Of a DNA stretch of 64,000 nucleotides, positions 47,650 through 54,687 are shown one piece after another. The notes under the pieces are model-generated. The model did no database searches. It saw only the letters and a list, made by a program, of their open reading frames with translations, and was not told the DNA's origin. This DNA is from Bdellovibrionales bacterium (GTDB lineage: Bacteria > Bdellovibrionota > Bdellovibrionia > Bdellovibrionales > UBA1609): NCBI GenBank assembly GCA_965199825.1, contig OZ241329.1, positions 1,920,001 through 1,984,000 on the forward strand. Reading direction: 5' to 3'. A program made the translations under genes and the position numbers. Each line of letters begins with the position of its first letter. The stretch's first letter is position 1.

Positions 47650-47978
47650 GACCCGGGCTCCTGCCCTGACTTCATCGGCGATCGGCATCCAGCCGATCGG
47701 CCCTGCGGGCTTCCCGCTGAAGACGTCGAATTTAAGAATGAGAGTTGGTGAGCACTTTTAATTCAGACCCGGGCTCCTGCCCTGACTTCATCGGCGATCG
47801 GCATCCAGCCGATCGGCCCTGCGGGCGTCCCGCTGAAGACGTCGAATTTAAGAATGAGAGTTGGTGACACTTTTAATTCGGACTTGGGCTCTATCCCGGA
47901 CTCAAGTGGCGATCGGCATCCAGCAGATTGGGCTTCGGCTCCCCAATGAAGATGTCAAATTTGAAAATGGAAAGTGGT
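47650..47978. repeat. Tandem array of ~116-bp structured non-coding units (2 near-identical plus 1 degenerate)
   Basis: Units start gacccgggctc at 47650 and 47766 (100/101 identical) and gacttgggctc at 47881 (degenerate). Confidence 0.9.
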
Positions 47979-48172
47979 ATTACGTTTTCAAATACCTTCG
48001 TTCGCTTTTTTTTGTAGTTAAGCGAAATCATTAATATAGAAATTTAGGTCCTAATAAATTTTTTGAAGTTGTTGTCTCGAGTTGGTGAAACGCCAATTTA
48101 CATTTGTCGCCTCGGACAAGTGACGTTTAATGGCATTTGCGATTGTGAACTGTATAGGGATGTTATTAGGAT

Positions 48173-48188
48173 GGGTTCTCAATTTGCA
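48173..48188 (+). promoter_or_regulatory. Possible sigma54 promoter
   Basis: GGGT-TCTCAAT-TTGCA has -24/-12 spacing, but the -24 box is off-consensus. Confidence 0.3.
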
Positions 48189-48231
48189 CTACGAACTTCG
48201 AACTCACTCAATTTTAACTTCTGGAGAAGAG

Positions 48232-48729
48232 ATGACCAAGACGCTTAAGATCTCTGTTCTGACATTTTGTATTCTAGGAATGCTGTCGGCACATGCCCAA
48301 AGCGATTCACCTCTTCATAAAGCGATTGATAATATTTTGGATAATCGAACGTTGAGTGGAACATTAGTCAGTACTGGGTTTAAATATATTATAGTCGGAT
48401 CAGCAATTACTGGGGTCGGTGCTATGATAGATCTCATCAATGCGCCCCGAGCCCTTTCTCTAAATACGGTTCGGTTAGGGAGCGGCGTGGCGGTTGGGGC
48501 TGCTGTAATTATATTAGCAGGAGTTTTGATTGCAGTTGTTGAACCCTCTTCAGCAAAAGCGGCGACTTTACGAGAATATTTCTTAACGCCTGAAGGCTTT
48601 CAGATGTTTATTTCGATGCCGCCCGATCAGATGGAATTTTACGCCAGTCGGTCCGAAAGATTAACAAATTTAGTTCTACAAGTGAGCAATGGAATCGATC
48701 AAGTGCGCGCGAGTGGTCGTTTAAACTAA
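48232..48729 (+). CDS. Hypothetical secreted/membrane protein
   Basis: GGAG RBS, signal peptide (…SAHA), two Gly/Ala-rich hydrophobic helices. Confidence 0.65.
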   Translation: MTKTLKISVLTFCILGMLSAHAQSDSPLHKAIDNILDNRTLSGTLVSTGFKYIIVGSAITGVGAMIDLINAPRALSLNTVRLGSGVAVGAAVIILAGVLIAVVEPSSAKAATLREYFLTPEGFQMFISMPPDQMEFYASRSERLTNLVLQVSNGIDQVRASGRLN

Positions 48730-48757
48730 TACTATTTATAAATCCAGATTATCTCAG

Positions 48758-48782
48758 AGGCCCTATAGGGGCCTTTTTTTTT
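48758..48782 (+). terminator. Intrinsic terminator
   Basis: aggccc-tatag-gggcct followed by a T-run. Confidence 0.8.
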
Positions 48783-48784
48783 GT

Positions 48785-48804
48785 CCGGGCTCCTGCCCAC
48801 TTCA
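48785..48804. repeat. Partial dispersed copy of the tRNA-linked repeat
   Basis: ccgggctcctgccc-acttca versus ccgggctcctgccc-tgacttca in the array units. Confidence 0.7.
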
Positions 48805-48872
48805 GGTTTTAGTTTGCATACGCGCAGCTTCTGCAGGGAATTTAAATTCGTTAAAGGCACCCACACAAGAAT

Positions 48873-49472
48873 TTAATTTTGTGGGCTGCGCTCAAACAGA
48901 GTTACGATGCTGTCGCCGGAAGGGCAGACATAATCGTGCAGTTCTGATTTTGAATTGGTCACTCGCAAGATATTATCTTTGATTTGATAGGCGGTTTCTT
49001 GGATGAGTTGGCCTGATAAACTCTCGCCTGGGCATGTGGAAGTAAACACACCAAGTTGAGTTTGAATTTTTGATTCATTTAGGGTGTAAAACGAGGTTGT
49101 GGCAGAGGTGCAATTGAAGCCCTTTGCAAACTGCTCGGTTTCTTTAAGGGTTGATTTTAAACCTGATAAAGATTTTTTTTGTTCGTCACTGCCACGGGCT
49201 TCAATATCTGCAATTGCATTTTTGAGCTCTGCGATTCTTTGTTGAGCAAATTCAGGAAGATATTTAAAACTGATCTTAGATTTTGCTTTGATTTTGTAGC
49301 GCGAAACTTTGAGCTCTAATTTTTCGGTCATTTTTAAGTAGTCGTTGGTGACTTTAGCAGAAGTGCCTGAGGAGCATTCGATTCCGGTTTTTTCCCATTG
49401 GCCTTCAAGTTCGTGAGCCGAGGCAACGTTTGACAAGATAGCGAACACAAAAATGATCGAAAGATTTTTCAA
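48873..49472 (-). CDS. Secreted lipocalin-like protein with helical insertion (paralog A)
   Basis: TTG start after GAGGAG, signal peptide, LEGQW, CSSG, CPSGDSIV. Confidence 0.65.
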   Translation of the reverse strand: MKNLSIIFVFAILSNVASAHELEGQWEKTGIECSSGTSAKVTNDYLKMTEKLELKVSRYKIKAKSKISFKYLPEFAQQRIAELKNAIADIEARGSDEQKKSLSGLKSTLKETEQFAKGFNCTSATTSFYTLNESKIQTQLGVFTSTCPGESLSGQLIQETAYQIKDNILRVTNSKSELHDYVCPSGDSIVTLFERSPQN

Positions 49473-49607
49473 CTTAAAAACTCCTCATTGGATTGTTCAA
49501 CAATTCATGAGGTCAAGAAATCATAGGGTGAGTTGTTAATCAACTTAGTTTTATAGAGCGGTCTGCAGTGGTCTTCACCAAGTGCAGACCCTGCATTTAA
49601 ATCCTGT

Positions 49608-50207
49608 TTACTTTATCTTTTCAAGGATCGAGACCATGCTGTCGCCTTGAGGACAGTAATTATTGGTCGATGTTTCAACTTCGGAGCTTTTTACACGCAG
49701 AATATTGTTGGTGATGGTGAAACTTGCTGTTTCAGATTTTCGGTCGGGTGGCACGCGGTGTGGGCAAGTCGAATTAGAGCTCAAAGTTTCAGTGTTGAGC
49801 TGGTCGCCATCAACACGGTAACTCACCTTATCTTCAATCTCACAATGTGTATCGGAAAACTTCAAAAGTTGCTCTAGATATTCTTTGGCTTGGATCAACT
49901 GTTCTTGTTTAGCAGAGCTTTCTGGCAATTGCTCAATCTCGTTAATTTTTGATTCATATTGTTTGGTGAGATCAAATAGAACTTTTGGATCGATCGAGTA
50001 AGTGACCTGCGACTTAACCTCAGCTTCGGTTTTACCAAAGGTGATCACAGTTTCGTGTTGAAAGCGGACTGTTTCGGACTGATGCTCATTTCGAGCAACA
50101 CCCGAAGAGCAGACCGTACCGATTGTTTTCCATGTGCCTTCAAGCGGGTTTGCAAAGGCCGCACCTGAAAGTGCGCTTAAGATTACAATAAGAGCCAACT
50201 GTTTCAT
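49608..50207 (-). CDS. Secreted lipocalin-like protein with helical insertion (paralog B)
   Basis: AAGGAG RBS, signal peptide, LEGTW, CSSG, CPQGDSMV. Confidence 0.65.
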   Translation of the reverse strand: MKQLALIVILSALSGAAFANPLEGTWKTIGTVCSSGVARNEHQSETVRFQHETVITFGKTEAEVKSQVTYSIDPKVLFDLTKQYESKINEIEQLPESSAKQEQLIQAKEYLEQLLKFSDTHCEIEDKVSYRVDGDQLNTETLSSNSTCPHRVPPDRKSETASFTITNNILRVKSSEVETSTNNYCPQGDSMVSILEKIK

Positions 50208-50282
50208 TCTATCTCCTTAAAATCTAATGAGTCTTTCTTACCAAAATGGGGTCGGACTCTTAAGAGATAAATGGAGGCTTTG

Positions 50283-50313
50283 AAAAGAGCACCCAATTTT
50301 TTGAATTGAGTGC
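50283..50313 (-). terminator. Putative intrinsic terminator
   Basis: Minus strand gcactcaatt-caaaa-aattgggtgc followed by tctttt. Confidence 0.5.
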
Positions 50314-50321
50314 AAAAGATA

Positions 50322-50681
50322 TTATAAACACGTCCCGTCGTTGGCCATGCCGGTGACGATACCATTCACACTTTGAACATTCGTGGCGTCTTGTCTGCCA
50401 CCGGCTGCCATAAATGAATCATGGGAATTGAACGAACAATAGTGACCCTGACCATTTGAATTGTAGATTGCGGGTTCTGTATTGATTTTAAAAAAATCTG
50501 CGGCCATTGCTGGTCCGATACAGGCCCCATCTTCATGCATTCCGTAAGTGGTGCCCTGAACTGAATTGATTTTGCTGCCAAAGTCGAACAGGCCATACAA
50601 CAAGTTTTGTTTAAACAGCACAGAACCGACAACTAAACCAATGGTTAAGTGATCAATAGGAGACTCATCAAAATAAGACAA
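50322..50681 (-). pseudogene. Probable 3' remnant of a Cys-containing repeat protein
   Basis: Internal repeat ends SVQGTTYGMHEDGACI / SVNGIVTGMANDGTCL; no RBS or signal peptide at the 5' end. Confidence 0.35.
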
Positions 50682-50726
50682 ATTTTAGATCAAGAATTTG
50701 CGTAATGTTAATTGATGTTTTAAATC

Positions 50727-51404
50727 ATGCGCATGAATCAACTTTTAAAAATTATTTTGTGTATCAGCGCTTGGGCGTTTTATTTTAAAAAGGGTCATGC
50801 TGATGAAATTAAAATTCAGTCTGCAATTTCTCGTCAGCAAGGTGTGATCGCAATTCGAGTTCTCATTTACAGCCAATTTGCGATCCAACTTGAACGAGCG
50901 GATGGGTTTATCTATAAAAGCATCGTTCTTTCAGATGAAAAAATGAAGGGCGAAATCGAAGCGGTGAAAATGGCCACCCTGCAAACGGTGGGAAATGTGA
51001 ATCATATCCTTCAGAGTCTTTTGAATGTTTCATTAGACCACGAAGATCAAAATATCTTGCGCGGGATTCAAGGCTTGATCACAGAAAAATTGACTATTCT
51101 CCCGGCTAAAGATGGCCAAGGACATCTTGCGAGTGATCGGTCTCAACAAAAGCAATTGATTCAATTCGCTAGGGACAATGTCGAGAGGCTGGAAAGACTA
51201 GCCCGAAATCGTCAGACTCACTCAGCACTTTATCAAAAATATCTTTTGGAATTGGATCAGAGTATAGACAACGTAAAATCAACAGGTCTGAATTTGCCAA
51301 TTTACGTCGCATTGGTTTGGCAAAAGGCGATGTTTCAAATTTTACCTTTTATGATGAAGCATTCTTTTTCTAAATTTTGCCAAGAGGTTTTGAATGCGGG
51401 TTAG
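50727..51404 (+). CDS. Hypothetical secreted helical protein
   Basis: Signal-like N-terminus (…GHA), helical composition. Confidence 0.6.
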   Translation: MRMNQLLKIILCISAWAFYFKKGHADEIKIQSAISRQQGVIAIRVLIYSQFAIQLERADGFIYKSIVLSDEKMKGEIEAVKMATLQTVGNVNHILQSLLNVSLDHEDQNILRGIQGLITEKLTILPAKDGQGHLASDRSQQKQLIQFARDNVERLERLARNRQTHSALYQKYLLELDQSIDNVKSTGLNLPIYVALVWQKAMFQILPFMMKHSFSKFCQEVLNAG

Positions 51405-51405
51405 C

Positions 51406-51930
51406 ATGAAATTGATATTGCGACTTATAATTTTAATCAGCCCTGCGGTTCACGCGCTCCATTTTTTGGTCAATCCCACCGGAATGTACTCTAATATTTC
51501 TGCGGGCTCGTCCGAAAAAGTTAAAAGCGTATACTACGATCTGCGTGGCGGATTTTATCTGGGCGAAAGCTTTTATGTGGGCGGTATTTATCAAAATATG
51601 AGTCGCGACTTTCAGTCTCTGGGGTCGAGAGAACGATCGAGTTATGGGGTGAGTGCGGGGGTTTTTCCCATGGGCGGGATTTATCTTTTGGGTCACTATT
51701 ATTATAAATCAACCTATCAAGATCTCGATAAATCCACTTTGTCTCATGGGTCAGGGATGCAAGTGGATTTGGGCTATTTATTTTCGTTTTCAGATGCTTT
51801 CAAAATTGGACCCCAAATGACCTACCGCAGTTTTTCTTATAAAGAACAAACCTCAAACGGTGTGACAACACCGTCTCAAATCAACCACTACGAATTTTTA
51901 CCTTTTTTATCGGCAGCTTTTATTTACTGA
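51406..51930 (+). CDS. Outer-membrane beta-barrel protein (8-strand type)
   Basis: Signal (…VHA), Tyr/Gly-rich alternating strands, terminal FIY. Confidence 0.7.
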   Translation: MKLILRLIILISPAVHALHFLVNPTGMYSNISAGSSEKVKSVYYDLRGGFYLGESFYVGGIYQNMSRDFQSLGSRERSSYGVSAGVFPMGGIYLLGHYYYKSTYQDLDKSTLSHGSGMQVDLGYLFSFSDAFKIGPQMTYRSFSYKEQTSNGVTTPSQINHYEFLPFLSAAFIY

Positions 51931-52427
51931 AACTGAAAAGGAAAGCGCACTTTTGAAGTCGTATCTTGATTCGACTGCGGAAAGGTCATGCGTTGAATCG
52001 TCTTTTTTACGCACGCCTCAAAGCGCGGCATTTTAAAATCGCTGCTCGTCAGATGAATGTGCACCACACGCCCACGCTCATTGTATTCCCATTCAAAAAT
52101 CATTTGGCCTTTGTGATGTTCAAATCCAAAAAACTTGGTGTAACACGAGCGAATATCCAATTTGTGATTCATGATGATATGTCGCACTTCTTCTCTTGGA
52201 GTTAGGCTTCGGGTTTCGGGTGGGGGCGAGGATGTTGGGAAATTTGGATCTTCCGGTGGGAGAGCGACATCGTCTTGTTTTGGAGCTTCGACCACTTTTC
52301 TTGGAGCTCGATGTCTTTCGGGAGCCCGAGTTTCGCTAAATCGGGTGTCGACCGGTGTCGAATCTTGAGTCAATCGATAACTACAGCCGCTTAAAATCAA
52401 AAAAATTAAAATGACGAATTTTCGCAC
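51924..52427 (-). CDS. Lipoprotein with AgmX/PglI (TonB-C-like) C-terminal domain
   Basis: Lipobox LSGC, Pro-rich linker, IRSCY...GRV...ACV...FP...VRFPFQF. Confidence 0.75.
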   Translation of the reverse strand: MRKFVILIFLILSGCSYRLTQDSTPVDTRFSETRAPERHRAPRKVVEAPKQDDVALPPEDPNFPTSSPPPETRSLTPREEVRHIIMNHKLDIRSCYTKFFGFEHHKGQMIFEWEYNERGRVVHIHLTSSDFKMPRFEACVKKTIQRMTFPQSNQDTTSKVRFPFQFQ

Positions 52428-52484
52428 AGGATCTCCTTTGTCAAAATCTTAAGGGAAAGTTAAAAGGGAATCCATCTTAATGTG

Positions 52485-52868
52485 TCAGTGGTAAAGGCGT
52501 GGTTCAGAAAGTATAAATTCGGGAATTTCTATTTTTAGATTTTCACCATTTGAAGTCACCATATGATAGCAACCCTGCATGCGACCTTGGGGAGTGGTGA
52601 GTGGACAAAAGCTCGAGTACTCAAATGTCTGCCCCGCCTCAATCACCGGTTGCAGTCCCACAACACCTTCGCCTTCGACTTTTTCGATTTTGCCTTCGGC
52701 ATTGGTAATAATCCATTCGCGCGAAATCAATTGCACTTTTGTGGAGCGCTGATTGGTGATTTTAACGCGGTATTCAAAAAAGTATTTTGATCTTCGTGGA
52801 TCAGATTCTTCTGCGACATACGTGGGATCGACAACGACTTGAACACTTTGAGTGATCTTTTCAAACAT
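52485..52868 (-). CDS. apaG: ApaG protein
   Basis: VQLISREWIITN, EGEGVVGLQPVI, FEYSSFCPLTTPQGRMQGCY. Confidence 0.95.
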   Translation of the reverse strand: MFEKITQSVQVVVDPTYVAEESDPRRSKYFFEYRVKITNQRSTKVQLISREWIITNAEGKIEKVEGEGVVGLQPVIEAGQTFEYSSFCPLTTPQGRMQGCYHMVTSNGENLKIEIPEFILSEPRLYH

Positions 52869-52964
52869 ACACTTTTTTCGGTGATGTTCTCTCCTGTGTC
52901 AAGTTGACCGAGCAGTCTTTTGTGCTACCATCGGTTTCATCATTCATTGCAGCAGGAGATCATC

Positions 52965-53636
52965 ATGAAAAATTTGGCATTTGTTGCCGTCATTGGCTTA
53001 TTGGTTGGTTGTACGGACAAGTCGAGCTTTAGCTCGGATAAAGAAAAATACAGCTATTCTATCGGTTATCAATTCGCAAAAAATTTGCAGGCCCAAAACG
53101 TAGAAGTCGATGTGGGAGCACTCAACCAAGCTCTTCGCGATGTGCTCAATGGTAAAAAATCGGTCTTGAGTGAAGAGCAAATGCAACAGGCCCTACAAAA
53201 GATGTATGAGGGTCGAAAAGAGAAAATGTCGCAAGAGGCCGACGTGACAAAGAAAAAATCGCAAGAATTTTTGGAAGAAAATAAAAAAGCACCTGGCGTC
53301 AAAGTGACCGAAACTGGACTGCAATACAAAATTGTCGAAGAGGGCAAGGGTCCACAACCCAAGAAATCAGACACCGTGGTGGTGAAGTATCGCGGGACCT
53401 TGATTGATGGAACCGAATTTGATTCTTCCTACAAACGCAATGCACCTGCTGAATTTCCGGTTGAAGCAGTTATTCCCGGCTGGACTGAGGCCTTACAGAA
53501 AATGAAAAAGGGATCAAAGTGGCAGCTGTTTATTCCGCCAGAACTTGCTTACGGCGAACATGATCGACCAGGAATCAAAGCCAACTCGCTTTTGATCTTT
53601 GATGTTGAGCTTGTTGATATTAAGCCAAAGAAATAA
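52965..53636 (+). CDS. FKBP-type peptidyl-prolyl isomerase (FkpA/Mip-like lipoprotein)
   Basis: Lipobox LVGC, SYSIG, YRGTLIDGTEFDSS, VIPGWTEAL, LAYG. Confidence 0.93.
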   Translation: MKNLAFVAVIGLLVGCTDKSSFSSDKEKYSYSIGYQFAKNLQAQNVEVDVGALNQALRDVLNGKKSVLSEEQMQQALQKMYEGRKEKMSQEADVTKKKSQEFLEENKKAPGVKVTETGLQYKIVEEGKGPQPKKSDTVVVKYRGTLIDGTEFDSSYKRNAPAEFPVEAVIPGWTEALQKMKKGSKWQLFIPPELAYGEHDRPGIKANSLLIFDVELVDIKPKK

Positions 53637-54645
53637 TTTGGAAGGTGGCCACTACGGGGTAGTGGTCCGAGGCGAGCTGAATGCGCTCGTCAATTGTTCT
53701 TGGAAATGGGCTAGGCAGACCTAGCTCATTTTTATATCGAAACACATAGCATCCTGATTGAATCAGCGAATTCTTCAGATGGGGTGAAACAAAAATCGTA
53801 TCGATTTGCAGATGATCCACTCGACCATTGCGGTGGACTTGGACCTGTGTCGCACGCTCTTCCTCAGACAACTGCAAAATATCAAAAATATCTTCAAGCG
53901 GCGTTTGCTCATACAAAAGATCAAAGGCAATCTCGTGATTGATTTTTCGAGCGACTCCATTAAAGTCGCCAGCAACCAAAATCGGAACGGCTTTATTGGT
54001 CTCGGTTTCGACTTCCTTATAAATTTCGACCACCGTTTTAAGTTCAGCAGCCCTTCGCTCGTTTCCTAAAGGATCGATGCCATCAAGATCCAACTTGGAT
54101 TTGAGGTGAACCAGTAAAAAAATAATTTTGAGTTCATCTTTATTGTCGAACATTCGAAGCTCGGCACAGTCGCGCGAAAAGTAATGGGTCTTTACAACCT
54201 TTTCGGGTTGTGAGTTTTTAAAATACTCGTTGAGGTCTTTTTCATGCGGATAAATAAAATGAAGCGGTCGATCCTTATGGGTTTTGAGACTGCAACGATA
54301 GGGCAAAGTGGTCTTGACCAAGTAGCCATTGTCGATCCCGCGGTTCGAATTGCCCTCGATCAAATACGAGGTGTAAGCCCCATTTAAAAATAGTTTATTA
54401 AAATTCTCGAGGCTCTCAAGACCTCCGACCTCATTCATTAAGATGATATCGGCATCAATCTCGATCAGACTTTTTGCAAGGCTTAGAGTTTTAAAGAGTG
54501 GTTTATTTGATTGCGCCGCATGCGAGAGGCGCTGCCATTCTTTTTCGGAATATTGCTCCACAGGTTTGGTCATTGGCTGATCAAAGAATAAAAACAAATT
54601 TTCGGCGTTAATTTGCACGACGCGTAGTTGTGTCACTGAGGGCAT
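53620..54645 (-). CDS. Endonuclease/exonuclease/phosphatase family protein
   Basis: NAENLF, NEV, VHLKS, AGDFN, ASDHYPV. Confidence 0.88.
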   Translation of the reverse strand: MPSVTQLRVVQINAENLFLFFDQPMTKPVEQYSEKEWQRLSHAAQSNKPLFKTLSLAKSLIEIDADIILMNEVGGLESLENFNKLFLNGAYTSYLIEGNSNRGIDNGYLVKTTLPYRCSLKTHKDRPLHFIYPHEKDLNEYFKNSQPEKVVKTHYFSRDCAELRMFDNKDELKIIFLLVHLKSKLDLDGIDPLGNERRAAELKTVVEIYKEVETETNKAVPILVAGDFNGVARKINHEIAFDLLYEQTPLEDIFDILQLSEEERATQVQVHRNGRVDHLQIDTIFVSPHLKNSLIQSGCYVFRYKNELGLPSPFPRTIDERIQLASDHYPVVATFQIISLA

Positions 54646-54687
54646 TTCAATAGTATATCGAAGGTTGGGTTGAAGAGGGAGCAAAAG

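Noticed and set aside
47632..47750. tRNA-associated HDV-like (theta) ribozyme
   Set aside because: The position is suggestive, but I could not build the nested double pseudoknot (P1 starting at the tRNA end, P1.1, catalytic C in J4/2). The visible structure is simple nested hairpins. A motif search would settle it.
47366..47761. ORFs 47366-47761 (+) and 47466-47675 (-)
   Set aside because: They overlap the NYN gene, the tRNA and the repeat; shadow ORFs.
47650..47978. CRISPR array
   Set aside because: Units are ~100 bp with near-identical 14-15 nt linkers rather than unique spacers, and there are no cas genes in the window.
48079..48088. gagttggtga match to the repeat's right end
   Set aside because: Only 10 nt with no flanking similarity; may be chance.
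46995..48729. Type III toxin-antitoxin (ToxIN-like) locus
   Set aside because: Known systems have short repeats upstream of a cytoplasmic RNase. Here the units are much longer, the nuclease is upstream and the downstream ORF has a signal peptide.
47555..52427. Prophage or integrative element at tRNA-Arg
   Set aside because: No integrase, phage or conjugation genes, and no direct repeat of the tRNA 3' end was seen.
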